A DNA stretch of 64,000 nt from Octopus vulgaris (GCA_951406725.2 OX597830.1:68386001-68450000), one strand, 5' to 3'. Shown: positions 26,236 to 41,031, counted from the stretch's first letter. The notes: generated by a model from the letters alone, not told the origin. Numbers and translations are program-made.

Positions 26236-26859
26236 TAGATAGAGATATACACATATACACATGCATATTTATTCCAGAAATATACGATTTGGTATGTGAT
26301 GTAGAATATGAAATATATGAGTTTTCTACAATACATATGAAATATAAATGGTAATAGGGTTATAAATTAATAAAAGTTACAGAAATATAACAAATATATA
26401 AGGTATCTATCGAAATGTGCGTGCGTCTTCGTTCTTCTCTCAACTCTACTAACACTAAGATAATTTTATTAATAAGCTTTAAAGGATAGAAGGATAATGC
26501 ATTATCTTCTTTTTCTCCCTCGCATTAGTCTTTCTCTCATCCTTCCATCCTTTATTCTCCTGTATTCCTCTTTTCTTCTTCTTTCTTTCTCTCTCCAGCC
26601 ACGAAACGATCTCCTAACCATAAGCTTAATACTATCTCAGTCCTTTCCCACTATGATCGACATTGGAATCGTCGAGTCACATGCCTCTATGTTAATTTTC
26701 ATGAGAAACTGTAATTGTTAATTTTGACACATTTCGCCTGATGAAAACGGGTTTTTCTTTTGCATGATGTTACAGTTCTGTTCCTCAATAAAAACACATT
26801 ACAAACAGCTGTAGTGAACCTTTATCCATCAGTTGTTATTATATATAAATATAAATCTA

Positions 26860-26961
<102 letters not shown>

Positions 26962-27010
26962 ATTTATATATATATATATATATATATAGTAGCAGTAGTA
27001 GTGGTAACAA

Positions 27011-27050
<40 letters not shown>

Positions 27051-27109
27051 TGGAAGAGGAGGCGGCGGCGGAGGAGGTGGTGGAAGGGGAGGAGGAGTAG
27101 GCATCCGTC

Positions 27110-27470
27110 GAGTGCGTTTTTCTTTGGTTGCGAGTTTCTGTTACACTTCCCCTCGCCTATATGACTACTGGACCCAGGCTGTGGTGCCCTGGGACACCTG
27201 CCGAGCCATACCACAGAACAAAATCTTCCAGAGGCCTTTTCGACATTTACTTCAGTGTGGACGATCATTTGCGACCTCCTCTCATCTCAGGACATCCAGA
27301 TCAAGCGACTTCATAACTCCCTTGTAGACGTCCTTGAACCGAAGATGAAGTCATTCTCGTGCTCTTGTGTCGGTGGCCAATTCCCGGTACAGAAGGTTTT
27401 CGAATCCTTCCGTCCGGTATTCGATGCACGTAACCGAGCCAACGCAGACGACGCTGCTGGAGTAGGATGA
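27110..27470 (-). mobile_element. RTE LINE 3' fragment
   Basis: QQRRLRWLGYVHRIPDGR...RFKDV. Between microsatellites. Confidence 0.7.
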
Positions 27471-27480
27471 GATACTCAAG

Positions 27481-27572
<92 letters not shown>

Positions 27573-27599
27573 GTCAGTTTATCTGTCTGTCTGTCTATC

Positions 27600-27845
27600 T
27601 GTTCTTTTATTTTCTATTTTTTTATTTGCTTCAGTAAATAGACTGAGGCCATGCTGGGGCACCGCCTTGAAGAACTTTTAGTCAAATATAGCGGCACTAG
27701 CACTTATTGTTTAAAGCCTGATACTTACTCTATCGTCCTCTTCAGCCGAACCGCTAACTTACGGGGACATAAACATATCAGCACCGGTTGTCAAGCGGTG
27801 GTGGTGGGGGACAAACATAGACACAAAGACGTGTGTGTGTGTGTA
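27600..27845 (-). mobile_element. SINE 3' half
   Basis: Reverse complement tail aaggcggtgccccagcatggcctcagtc. Confidence 0.7.
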
Positions 27846-28240
27846 TGAGTGTGTGTAACAGGTTATGATACTGTTAGAGTGTTCAAACTCCGTGAGACAG
27901 TGTAATATAAACCATAAGAATCAACATGGTGATGAAAGTTCTTGCGTGCCAGATTTATTTTCCTTTGAATTCCGCGTTAGATTAGGTATACAAAGGTTGT
28001 CTGTAGTAGTCGGTTGTTAAATGGTGGTAAAGGGAGAATGACAATGATGAAGCTCTCGCCACTTTGGTAACATGTATGCCTGTTAGGAAGAGGTGCTTGC
28101 TAGAAAGCGATAGGCATAGAACTTATGGAAGCGAAAACGACCGACCCCCGCCAATGCTTTGTATTTATACTTGTTGGAAAGCCGAATGTATGGTGGAGAA
28201 CAATGGAAAGCAGATTTCTGGATAAGAAACCAAAAAACAA

Positions 28241-28463
28241 TAATAAATCTCTGAATGAGATGTAAACAGTAACTGCTCGACATCGTAAAGTACACTAGTC
28301 ATCTTAATATGGCTAACCACTAAGGGTGGGTGTTACTGTAGCACAGAAAGGGCACAGAAAGTCTGCCTAAAGCCAGCTGGAGACGATGATCTCCTGGGGA
28401 TAAAAGCTACAGTAACACCCACCCTTAGTGGTTAGCCATATTGAGATGGCTAGTATACTTTAC
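28241..28463. mobile_element. Fold-back insertion with TSD
   Basis: Arms of about 59 bp at 28285-28343 / 28406-28463. Direct repeat gaaaccaaaaaa on both sides. Confidence 0.7.
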
Positions 28464-30409
28464 GAAACCAAAAAAACGATTTCTTTCAAATATTTTTTAA
28501 TTATAGTCACGATTTCGAGAATGACGGTTCTGTATTTCCTTTCTGAACAACCTACAAATGATTTTTTTTTATTATGATCACGTGTTCGTGCTGCGCATTA
28601 GCTCACTTTCTCCATCAAATCGACATCACCTGTACAGGTGCTTAGTGTGCCACAAATGAGATGTCTAAGTGGTTGCAGAACAACGTGAAATGAAGCGTTT
28701 AGCTCAAAAACCCAGCACACCACCCGGCCTGGAAATCGAACAGACGATTACGGGAGCAGCACCCTAACCGTTTGGCCATGTGCCATCACACAGACTCACC
28801 CACGCTAATTTTTGTTTTTTGGTTCAATAACTTCATATCAATCCCATTAATCCAGGGGTCACGACTAATAATAAATGCTTGATTTTCTAACATAATACCT
28901 TTCCTAATCTTGTAAGTTAATAGACACAAATAAGTGCTTAAAATACCTCACGCCCTTTATACAGGCATCCTTTGTTTAGCGGAACCTCAGGTTACTGAAT
29001 TTCATACATATAGAAATAGAGAAATATGATCACTAATTTCGGAATACTGCCTTTATTTCGCTCCACCCTCATTATAATGCAGGTAAATGTTAAATCATAG
29101 TATCAATGATTTTTTTTGACCTTGAACAACATCTGCCTCTCACTACTTCCGTCTTCATGTTGGTGTCTTATGCACTTATTGTTTTCATACTTTCTCTCAC
29201 CTACCCGCTCCCTTCTTGGCATCCCTCACATTGTTTGAGCATGTGCCCATTTTTACATAAGTTTGGTGAAGGATAATACATCGGCAATATTGTAAAAAAC
29301 ATTGTGTGTGTGTGTGTATCACAATACTCTCATAAGAATGTGGCAGCATATGTAGCCATATCATTCAGAGGTTTTAGATTTTGCAAAAGGTCTACTTTCA
29401 GGATATTTCATGCGGACAGACTTCTACCAATTGTTCAGTTTTAATTATATCTGACCCATTCTTTGCTTTCCTTTTTTCTCTCTCTCTCCCTCTCTCCCCT
29501 TTTATGTATTAATTTATTTCATCTACGAAATCAGCCCCTTAAATAACTTCATTTTACATACAGAAAGATCTCAACTTAATAATTCGAATGATTATATCGT
29601 CAGTGATGAGATTTGAAGCAAGCAGTTTTTGGAAGGTTTTGATAAAAAGCAAGCAGTTTCCGAATAAACGATCATTTGGTTAAATACATCATTTAAAATG
29701 ATAAATAAGAAAATGTCTCTAGTTTTTTCTATTTTATCCCTCAATTTTCATTTGCTGTTCATTTGGATTCATCACTTGATGTGGCTTTGCAACTTGTACT
29801 TAGTTCACATGAGTAGAAGGTGTATCTCATTACTTTAAAAATGCATCAAGCATTCCTAGGTTTCGCAACTAGTCTGTTTATTTTCTTTATAAATTTCATA
29901 AATCAGATGCAGTATATATTTAAATCAGCATCAACTTTCCTATGTTGCTCAAACTTTGTATCTTGGAACTAGAAATTCTCTTGCTTTTTAAATATGTGAA
30001 AAGGTTTTATGAATTCATTCAAGAGAGAAGCAATAATGAGTTTCCACTATTTGGTCTTTTTTCTTCAGTTTATTTAGAGTGTTTTTATTAATTTATAATG
30101 AATTTAGAGTATATTTATTAATTTATAATGAATTATTGTAAAGGGAAAACATGCACACAATGTTAACCTGCAAACAAAATGAATGGCTGACCGAATGGAA
30201 AACATTCACAAACACATTATTGACGTCCAGTGTTGTAATTAAATTTTTGTAGCAATCTTTATGAATGCTTAATATTATTTTACGGGATTGCCTGCTTAAT
30301 GAGCGCAAATTACTAGGTTTGGATGTAATAATCATCAGCGAGACTAGGAATTCGAATACACGCAAATTTGCACCCGTTTGTAGCAGATTCAATATCTTCA
30401 CATTTCTTA

Positions 30410-32370
30410 TTAAATCTGGAATGGGTGGTGGGGTGGCGAAGTGACAGGATTATTTCGGGAAAACCTGGGACTAGAGATCCATTCAATTTTCGTGGACCTG
30501 GGCAGACATGATTCTCGAGATGCGTTTTGTCTTCCTGGACTCTATGTTATTGGTTGTAGATGTGAACAGTAGCGAAGGTGGTGCCTTTAGACTGATAACT
30601 GTGTGTTCTTCACTGTGGAAAGGAAGCAGGATTTCTTCAGGCCTTTCGAGGGTTTCCTAGGAACGTCCCGATCTTTAGTGCTAGTGTGTAATTGCAACGC
30701 CATCTTGAATGCATGTCTCACATTCTGGCAGCACATCTGGCCCTTGATCTATTCTTCTACACTAAGCACGAAGGTTGAATTTTAAGAGCTAGAGTATGCG
30801 ATCGAAGGAATAAGGGTGGAAGATGCTCAATGCAGCAACAAGGCCACAAATCGACCTTTGGCGAATTTGGAAGGGTGCGTGACGCTCTACTACAGCAGAT
30901 GTGACACTTCGCTTAACTATTTGGGGTGGACGATGGATGGAGATGAGCTTTACTGCCTACATCGATGGTGTGCCATGGCTCTTGGCCTGGAATGCGAAGT
31001 TCTGTAAAAAGCCGATATCAGCTGATGAAATACGGGAAACAATATCGGGCTGGACGATGGAGGAGTCGCCGGGGCCTGATGGTCTGTCCTTCAAGCTTTA
31101 TCGTCATATGCCAGACTTATTCAGGGACTGCTTGACAGATTTCTATTGCAACTGGCAATAAACGTGGGAATATCCAGTTCTGTGGAAAGAAGTGTAGTGT
31201 TGCTGCTGAGAAAGGACCCGAACAAGGGAGATGGTTTGAAGATTTTGACCAAAATATTATCGAAAAAGTTGGTGCTGGTCCTCGATACTCCGATAGATGA
31301 GGCACTGAATGTGCTATAGCAAACAGATTTATCTATAACAATCTCCCACCTCACATGGTGCACCACAGAAAATTTAGGTAAAAAGCCTGGCATAGGTGGG
31401 GTTCTGGTTAATTTAAATCAGTTGGAACCGTTTGATAGAGTTGACCATTAACACTTGGTGACATTCCACTAAGTAATTGGATTCGGGCTCGTCTGCAGAA
31501 GCTAGATCATTACAATTTATTGTGTCATTTGCTTGGTGGTAACTTTAAATAGTCACCTATCGGTACTGTTTAGTATCAAGTACTCCGACCGTCAAGGATG
31601 ACACCTCTCTTCCCTTTCTCTTCTGTACGTACTGTTCTAAGAGTTACTTCCTCTGAATTTGGGGGTTAAATGGGTTGGGGGCATCCCGTCAGAACTCTGG
31701 CATGAAAGATCCATGATTGCAGAAGCGGGTAATTGTCAGTGAAATAATGTCGGAGCTGATTGGTACTACACTGGGGAGCTGCGAGACGGGGACAGGAACA
31801 AAAGTTAACCAGAAGACGTCGGTGAGATTGCATCTGGGTACCTGGAGAAGCAGGTCCATGCCGTCCAACAGCATCATGGGGCAGTGGACGACTGTACCGG
31901 TTAAATTGTTCACGATTTCGTTTGATCCAAATCTCCAAGTGGAACAGACCTGGGAGACGTGACTTGTGGGGTGGCTAGTTTCAGTAAGAAATGGGCTGTG
32001 AAGAAACTGTCCATGAAAGGCTTACTTTGCTTATGTTATCACCAGACTCTCGTGCCTTGCTCCACTTCATGGCTGATGAGACTGAAGCGTTTGGTTTTTC
32101 TTTTTCTGTGGAAGGGATGTGGTCTATTGGTCAAACAGTTCATTCGCTGTCAACATACGCTGAGTGGAGGACCGATCATGCAACGTCTAGTGATGCGCAT
32201 TCACGCTCTGAGCCTACGACATGTCCAACATTTCCTTGATGATAAGGATGTGCGATTACCGATTGTTAGATCCACAGATCGTGCCCCTGACTGAGCTGGA
32301 ATCCTGGATGGAGCGTAGACTAAGGCAGGATGCTTGGCAGCTTGAGTGCTGGCAGGCGCTTACTCCTTAC
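30410..32370 (+). mobile_element. Highly degraded L1/Tx1-clade LINE
   Basis: ESPGPDGLSFKLY, FDRVDH and RQG-PLS remnants, many stops. Confidence 0.65.
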
Positions 32371-33249
32371 TGGCATTTCTTCTCGCTCTTTATGTTCCAG
32401 CTTCAAATACCACCACGGTCAACTTTGCTTTCATCGTTTTCGGGATCAATAAAATAAGAACCCAGTGAGTTCTGGGGCCGATTTTATCGACTTGCTTGAT
32501 CCCTCAAGATTCCATTTAAGAGTTTACATCAAATAATAGTCCTATTATTTGATGAAAACTCTCAGCTTATTTTGCTGGGTATGATGGAAAGTGTCGGCTG
32601 TTCACTGCAAGCAGACTCTGGTGACATTAGTTTACTGATCATGCTTCAAGAACCCTGCGGAGAACTCTTACAGCTGCAAGCAGTGCTGATTTTTGAGGGT
32701 ATTTATATTTATATTTGTAGCAACCCTTTGCGCCATGCTGGTAGTTGAGTGTTGATACTGCCAAGGGCGCCAATTACTATTGGTATCACGTCCACACTTT
32801 TCATTACCCACAACTTTCGTGTATCCAAAACACTCGTAGTTGTTCAATTTCTTTCTTCTTCCTCTTTGTTCACCACAACACGTCTGATATGATGGTTACA
32901 CCGAATCATTGTATCCGACAGGACTTTGCAGTCTTATATCTAGGATTTGCTCATACGACGTCTTTGCTATTTTTAGGCCGTGAGTTCCACAGAGTTCCTA
33001 CCAATGAAATTGTTAGAATGCCAGAAAAAATATTTTGCCTCTTTTATTCCGGATTTTTATATTCTGATTTCAAATCTTGTCACAGTCAACTTTGTCTTTC
33101 ATATTTTCAGGGCTGACAAAATAAAGTACTAGTCAGGTACTGAAGTCGATCATACTAACTCTTATTTTCCTTGATGGTCTTGTGTGAACATTAGAAATAA
33201 TTTTTATTATCGCTATATGTTGAATTAGTAGGTTGGGGGGTACATTATC

Positions 33250-33470
33250 TAAGGCTGCAAGCTGGCAGAGTCATTAGCATGCTGGACAAAATGCTTAGCA
33301 GTATTTCACTCATCTTTACATTCTGTGTTCAAATTCTGCTGCGGTTGACTTTGGCTTTCATACTTTCAGAGTCGTTGAAAATAAGTGTCAGTTGAGCACT
33401 GGGGTCGATGTAATTGACTACACCGTTCTCCCAAATTTCAAGCCTTGTGCCCGTATTAGAAACCATTATC
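33250..33470 (+). mobile_element. tRNA-derived SINE (second family)
   Basis: agctggcagagtcattagca A box-like, gttcaaattct B box-like, central gttgagcactggggtcgatgtaat. Confidence 0.7.
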
Positions 33471-33599
33471 TTTATTTAAAGGTATGCACAAATATATTGC
33501 ATTTAAATATCAGGTCAGAACTGTTCATTTGGTATTGAGGGCCTTTTGAGCAATCGTTGCAATTTCTAATATAACAGATTTCTGTATTAATCCAATTTT

Positions 33600-34260
33600 C
33601 GTATTATTTAAGAAACAACCAAGTTTATTGGTATCAGTACCTCGGGCGCCTGGGATAACTTATGAAGAAACCCTCCAGAATTATTGAAAATCTTGGCATT
33701 TTCGTTTTGCTCTTCCGTTTTTTTTTCTTTTTTCAACTGGTACATTCAGACACAACAACACTTGGGATGACACACTCTTTGGAAACCTTATCTAGCACGA
33801 TAGTATCTGTTCGTCTTGCTTGAATTTCAGGATCAGCTTTTCCCATAATACCTTAAACTGTTCATTCTCTATCACACTGTCTGGTCGTTGTTGGTACGAT
33901 GATTCTCCCCTGAATCCAAAGCCTCTTTGAAGTAATCGTGCCTGCATTTATACTCTTTCTGTGAAAAAGGAACTCCAGTACTTATTATCTGCAGAATTGA
34001 CTCGCCATTTTCGTTACACATTCTGTACTAAACACTTTCCATGGTTCTGTCTATTCTTGCTTTAATGACATTCGTTTGTAAAGACTGGATTTGAGCAACC
34101 ACAATGAGGCCTTCTATTTGTTCTTTGAGCTCTCCATTATTCAACCATAATCACGATTTATCTGCTGCAACATCCTGCCTTCGTCTGAAATGCTTACCAT
34201 CTAACTCTTTTAAACAGTTGTTGCTCCTATTTTCTTCTTTCATTGTATTATTTCACAATC
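33600..34260 (-). mobile_element. Dong/R4 LINE 3' fragment
   Basis: IVVAQIQSLQTNVIKARID...RMCNENGESI. Confidence 0.6.
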
Positions 34261-34402
34261 TGCAAAGTGTCTTCTCTCTTACTCTTCTATATCATATTCA
34301 GCCATCTCCATGCTGTTTTCTATCAATAACTATCACTTCTATTTTGCCTGTTTGGAGCTTTTTGATGATTTCCGGATGTGATCTTTATAATCCATTTATA
34401 CT

Positions 34403-34724
34403 GTTCTCTCTTTCAGAGACGAAGAATTCTGTACATTATTTACATTATTTACATTAGACGGTTATGTGTCCTCAGCTTGTTTGTTGTTATCAAAACGTTT
34501 CGGCTGATTTATTTCTCAGCCTTCATCAGGTGTCCTGGTGGAATTTTAGTAACATCACCAACAAATACCTTAAGAATGAGAACTTAAGGTTGGGTCTAAA
34601 ATTCCACTAGAACACCTGATGAAGGCTGGACAGTAAATAAGCCGAAACGTTGTGGCAACAATAAACAACACGAGGACACATATCCGACTAATGTAAATAA
34701 TGTAAATAATAATCCATCTATACT
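34403..34724. mobile_element. Penelope-derived palindromic insertion carrying two hammerhead motifs
   Basis: Arms 34435-34548 / 34597-34710, 16-bp TSD ataatccat(t/c)tatact, absent in the paralogous intron at about 57470. Confidence 0.85.
34613..34654 (+). ncRNA. Minimal type I hammerhead ribozyme
   Basis: cac-CTGATGA-a-ggct...agcc-GAAAC-GTT-gtg. Mirror copy on - at 34491-34532 with stem GGCTGA/TCAGCC. Confidence 0.7.
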
Positions 34725-35138
34725 TATATAAACTGTGTTTCATATTACATTTGATGATTTTATTTTCCTAAACATTTCTAAATTATGCCTAAAATAATAT
34801 GTTAAGGGATTTTCACTGATATCATGAAAACTGAACCTTATAAAAGTAAAATAATTATAAACACTATTTCATATCTTTATTTGAAAGCAATAATAGCTAT
34901 GTTCAGATTTCTACAACTAAACTGAAAATAAAAATATCTTTTCCCATTATATTTTCTGAGTCTATATCTGTGTGTAGTTGGATTTTTAGATGTGGTTATT
35001 CTTTGTCTTTTGCACACTACTGTTACTTATATACCTCCTCCTTCATATAAGCATATTGTTTAAACCTTGCTACTAACAGCTAAACATTATAACTCCAAAA
35101 CTTTTTCTGCAATTAACCATGTTTGTATTATTCTCTAG

Positions 35139-35191
35139 ATTCGAAGAGGTGGAGGACGAAGGCCGGTGGCAATGGCATCTTCTGCCAATGG
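35139..35191 (+). CDS. Exon A1 (53 nt, phase 0->2) of an unidentified gene: IRRGGGRRPVAMASSANG
   Basis: ttctctag| ... |gtaagt. Flanks paralogous to 57922-57977. In frame with 43154. Confidence 0.75.
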
Positions 35192-35873
35192 GTAAGTAGA
35201 CAAACATTTCCATATTACATTTACTCATCATATTTAAAGACACCACTAAACCTCTAAATCTCTTCATATCTGATCCTTAGAGAATTTTAAGTATTGCTTT
35301 TATCCTTTAGTATTTGAACAATTTCAACAATAATAAAAGAAAGAATAAACTATATTTACCCCACCATATTACTGGCATTTATATAAAGGAAAGCGATGTT
35401 ATTGAGTATTTTCCATGATGGAAAAATGAAAGAGAATCGACAGTTAAGAAATGATATATGGCAAGTATTTTGTACAACAGCCTGTAAGTTCAGGTAACTT
35501 AGTCACCTTAGAAAAATTTAGAACATTAATAACCAAAATAAGATTAATGTTTTACGAAGTCTCTACACCAAGTGAAAGAATTGATATAAAACATACGGAT
35601 TTTATTAATTGGCAGTGAATTTCTACCTACAATGCTATTTAATATTACGTCATTTCAATGATATTTGACGTATTTTATTGTGACAGAAAGTTTTAGTTGA
35701 ATGAATCGGTCCCAGATCTTATTCTGTTTTTAAGCGTGGTATTTATGCTATCCGAAGGGTATTATTAATTAATATCCTAGAAACAGCTGGAAGAGCTTCT
35801 ATCTATAAATGCTCTAATATCTATGCAGCCTTGGTTTTTTTATCTTATAACGCAAAAAATTCATATATGATAG

Positions 35874-36049
35874 ATTGTTAGCCACTACACACATTTTTCT
35901 CTCCTTGTTTTTTCTGTGTCCCTTTCTGTTAGAAGAACGTAGGCTCGAAACGTAAAAGACTTTTTCTATTCCTGAGCGTTATACTAATACATCTGTTTGT
36001 TTTGTACACCACCTCTCTTCGTCCTTTGTTTTTTTCGAAAACTCTCCCT
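35874..36049 (+). mobile_element. Solo Penelope terminal fragment with hammerhead variant
   Basis: Homologous to about 51925-52121. ctgttagaagaacgtaggctcGAAACGTAaaag. Confidence 0.7.
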
Positions 36050-36309
36050 ATATATATATATATGGATTTCGTAGACAGAAACTTACAGAAATCAATCGTT
36101 TATATATGTATGTACATATGTAAGTGTATGTGTGTGACTTTGTTTCTGTGTTTCGCCCTCATCACTGCTTCACAACTGCTGTCCGTTTATTTACATCCCC
36201 ATAACTTACTGGTTTCACAAGAAGAAACTAATAGAATAAGTACCAGGCTTATCAACATAAAAAAAGCACTAGGCTGTCTCATATTTTTGTTTGCCCACTC
36301 AGTTGTATC

Positions 36310-37980
36310 TATCAATTTATCTTTGTGTGTATATACACGTTGCCCGTGTTACATGTAATTGAAGAATTAGACTTTTCTGTTATATTTTCTGTAATGTTTC
36401 GAATTTCATCAAAATTGCAGATGAGGGTTATTTCCCTCTTTACACAACCTAAAAAAATTGTAATCGTACCACATGTATCCCATACTAATGATTTTTATGC
36501 GCATATTCCAAAATTCTAGTCTTATAGAACCTGTTAAAAGGATTTTGCTCCTGAAAAATGGAGGTCATGGAACGCTCTAAAATGTGAGAGTTAAGGCCTC
36601 TATTGGTGGGGGATGTCTTAATGTCAAGCAGAGAAGTTGAATTGTTGAGAATCTTTTTAACTTGGGTCTTATATCTATTGCTTGAATTTCTTTGAAATAG
36701 GAAATATATGTTCACTGGGTTTGTAAAATAGAGCAAAGCTACAGGAAACCAAAAGACGAATCATCACAATAAGCAGTCAGCTACCCTACTCCAGTCGTTA
36801 CCACTCCCAATGTAATATTCCCAATGTAGTATTACAGCCGTAAGATGCATTACGAATCTATAGTAATTGGAAGGGCGTGACCCAACTGAAATAAACATTA
36901 ACAACTGTGTGACGTGAGGGCTAAGGATAAATGAAAGTTGGAGTTTGCAAATGACCACTGTACTGATACGTAACTGGACAGAATAAATTTACAATCTATA
37001 AATGTCTTTGAATAACAAGTCACTCATCTGGGAAGGCCTTGAAATCAATGTTACTCTCTGGGGACTATGTGTGACTCAGTGATAATAAAAAGACTGAAAG
37101 GAGGTCTGCAATCAAATAACTTTACTCAACACTTTGCAACTGAATCAGCGGAAGCAAAGATGCCTCCCATTTTCTTGACAATTTATGCACCACATTGCAG
37201 AAATCACAATCTAAGTGTATGCCAAAGCAAACTCTTACACTGTTGTACCATTGAATTACAAATAATGCTCATCTTTATGCTCGGGTGACCCTACAGCTTC
37301 CAAGAGTACAACTGTATTCGTCTTTGCTTAGATAAAATGATTAAATTGTGGGTATTAAGTCCCCATTAAGGGGTCTTTCTAACTTGCAAGAAGATGAAAT
37401 TTTATAAATATTACTTCATTTGTATCTAATATCTGTGGTTAAAATTTCATCAGCAGCAAAAATATATGAATTGTCATGGGGGTTATGGCCCTTATGCATA
37501 GAATATAATTCCCAAATTTCGTAAAGATCCATTCAGTACTTTTGACCTAATTTTGGATCATAAAAGAAATGACTAAAATTTGGGAGTTAAGGCCCTCAAT
37601 ATGGTGTCTTAGAATATTCATATGAAGTGGAATCTTTGAGAATACTTCTTGATGTGTATCAATTACTTATGGTTGAAATTTCATCAACATCGAAAATTTA
37701 TGAATTTTCATGAGGGGTTCTTCCCCCTTTAAGCCATCTGAAATTTAAACCAAACATATTGCATTATACCTGCCCTTATGCATTGAATCTAAGTTTCAAA
37801 TATCATAAGGATCCATTCAGTAATTTTGGTCCATGAAATTGTATGAAACACACAGCATTGCCCTTCTCCCTAGGCTTTGATTTTGTGTTCTAAATTTCAT
37901 TATGATCGGTGCAGCAGTTTTTGAATATATAAGTAACACGCGAACACACATAAAGACATTGACGTTGATATAATAGATAT
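36310..37980. mobile_element. Probable non-autonomous DNA/rolling-circle element with internal repeats
   Basis: Internal direct repeats 37410-37550 / 37640-37830 (aaatttcatca...gatccattcagta). Ends tataatagat. Boundaries uncertain. Confidence 0.35.
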
Positions 37981-38439
37981 GAATAATGTTGAAAAAAGCC
38001 TGCGAAACGCAGAACATAAACAAATGTGGCGTTAACTAAAAAAAAGCACGAAGGAGTTCCAACAATAATAATCCAACAATGCCACACTCACGTGCGAAAT
38101 GAACTACTCCAAAGGCGAAGAAATTTGGAATGCCAGGAATGCGGTTCAAGTTCATTTTTAGAGCCATAACCTCCACGAGATGCACGTGCATTTCGGTTTT
38201 CTTTTCCATTGTTTGCGACTGCTACCCACGACATTCAACGCAGCTGCATTTTGGCGTCCCGTTTCAGGAAAGTTTAAAGATTGCCTGTAATTTGGGTCTC
38301 AGCCATAAATCAGCCTGTTTGGAATATTTACTCTTACATCACTGAAATATATTTAGAATATAAAATTACATTTGAAAAAGATTGCGTTTCTTTTGCGATT
38401 CAGTGTACATTAGGAAATCGTAGATAGTGACCACACAGC

Positions 38440-40020
38440 AATGCCAAATAATATCATAAGCACTGGGAGTGTAAGATACGAAGTCAAACGTAACGAAAAG
38501 GAAGAAAACAACGAAAGGCAACAAACCCAGGCCGTATGAATGTATAATGATGAGCTATATGCACGAAATCAGAACACCACAAACAAAAAATATGAACAGG
38601 AAGGAAAGCGAAACAAATCTAAAACCTTAAAAGAGTGAAGGTGAAACTAATGATTATGATACTCTAAAAATGAATATAATCAAAGAATTGAAAGGCTCAG
38701 ATCTCAGTATGGACAACTGACTGTAGCTCCCCAAAATTAAGATTGATATTAAAGCCACATTAATAATAAATAATAGGAAACTGGCCGTCACGGAACTAAT
38801 ACCCACAGAAACAAACGTCAGTATAATCAGGTTAAATGCTATAATATATCAAAGCTGGATACCCTCTCAAACCCATCCAAACAGGAGAATTACCACCTAA
38901 AAAAACCCTGTGGATAAAGAATATCTAGAAAAAGATATAAAATAAAAGAAAGGATCTGTCAGTCCTTAAGGAAATTAGTAGACAATCAACACTACTAAGC
39001 AACAAGAACAGAAGTAAAATACTATGGAAATAGAAAATTCTAGAACAAAGTATACCTGGGATAAAAGAACAGCTAAAGCAAGATATCCTCGCCAAAGTAC
39101 AAAAAATCGCCAGTATGAGATACGCCAACGTTTCTTTGAACAAAACAAACAGTTCTACTCCAATCTCAAAAGATTCTACCTAGAACTTGGCAAAAATAAA
39201 ATAGAGATTAATAGAAAGAAATATGGTCGGTGAGAGAACAACCTCGGAAAAGGTCTTTCAAAGTAACAAAAACAGCTCCTCTACAAATCTGGACTCCTAT
39301 AACAACTGAAGAGGTCGGCAACCATGCACTACAATGTCTCCAATTTCTGGTTGAAATATCAAACAGGAATACAGAAAACGATGCCCGGGAAATTTGATGA
39401 AATACTAAAAGAGCCTGAGACAATATTTGAAGGGCCCATGGAAGGGAAACATTTCCTGATTACCAAGTCCACCGAAACGGGAAACCCACAAAATTACAAA
39501 CCGATAACTTGTCTCGCTACAATTTTCAAAACCTTTACTGCAGAGAATGGGCAAACATCTGGAAGATAACAACCTGTTTCTGAAACAGAAGAAGGGGTGC
39601 TGCAAAAGCATCAGCTACCTGTCAATAAAGCCATAACTGAAGACAGCCGACAAGAGAAGAATGGTCCAAGTATGACTGGGATCGATTATCGAAAAGCTTT
39701 TGATAATATTCTATGACCAAAGTAACGACAATAATCGAAAGAGAGCCGTCCCCGTTAGAACAGTAATATTCCAGGGAGACACGATCTTTCCACTCTTTCT
39801 GCTTGGCACTGACACCTTTATCTGACGTGCTAAATAGAATTAGATATGGATACAACTTTTACGGGAAAACAATCGACCAACTCTTGTATAAGGATGATCT
39901 AAAACTATACGCTACAAATGATAAACAGCTGGAAACAGTACAAGAGAGAGTACATGCCTTTGCCAAAGAAATAAACATGGAATTTGGCTTAGAAAAATGA
40001 TAAAGTATTAGCGAAAAACT
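38440..40020 (+). mobile_element. Degraded Dong/R4 LINE (RT)
   Basis: NPQNYKPITCL, GIDYRKAFD, IFQGD, LLYKDDLKLYA, MEFGLEK. Confidence 0.8.
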
Positions 40021-40236
40021 GATGAAGAATTAGCGAGTCTCTGTGACTTATACATATACGTTTTTAGCTGTTGTTTATTTCTATATATGGCTGTGCGCGC
40101 GCGCGTGCAAAATAGTGAATTAAAAAACGAAAAATGAAAACAAACGGGACAACGTACACAAAAATGTATTATAGCTTGACGCCCACTGAAAGGAATGAGT
40201 ATGACATTTCGATCACTTACACACACACACACACAC

Positions 40237-40285
<49 letters not shown>

Positions 40286-40364
40286 TATATATGTATTTAT
40301 ATGTATATATTATAGATAATATATGCCTATATACATACGCATATGTACATACTTACATTTATAC

Positions 40365-40429
<65 letters not shown>

Positions 40430-40943
40430 TGTATATATGCATATCTGGGCAGAGGACATCATAAAACGTGTACAAAAATACGAAGCACGTGTACATGGAA
40501 CACGAACTATTTTTTTCGAACAACGAAAGACACAAATGGAAAACAAAACAAACATGAAGAATGACCGTTCATCAGTTGCTGGTTGTTTCTCTATTCTCGT
40601 ATTTCGAGCATTTAACAACAATATACGTATTCGATAAAACAGTTGCTCCCGCAAAGCAAATTAAGTAGAATTTGGGATTTTGCGGAGGATCAAAATAGGT
40701 AACACAACCAGGACAGTGAAAAGAAACAGGAAGGGCTGTTAAGCCTAAACGAGGTTGTGGTGACGAACGCGTAAATTAAGCTAGGACATGATACAAGCAA
40801 GAACACGTCTTCCTTGTTCCAGCTACAACGGAGAGAAAATAAGAAAGATGTCCGATGGTCACGCGGGAGCCACGTGAGCAAGGAAGAGTGAAGGACAGAA
40901 TAACAGAGTAATAGGATAGAACAGTGGGAGAAGAGCAGGTAAA

Positions 40944-41029
<86 letters not shown>

Positions 41030-41031
<2 letters not shown>

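Noticed and set aside
28856-28911. AG...GTAAGT-bounded 56-nt segment
   Set aside because: Stops in all three frames and no paralogous support. At most a UTR exon.
32932-32979. Candidate 48-nt exon or 3-nt GCC micro-exon before gtgagt
   Set aside because: The 48-nt form cannot join A1 in frame (in-frame TAG) and there is no independent evidence.
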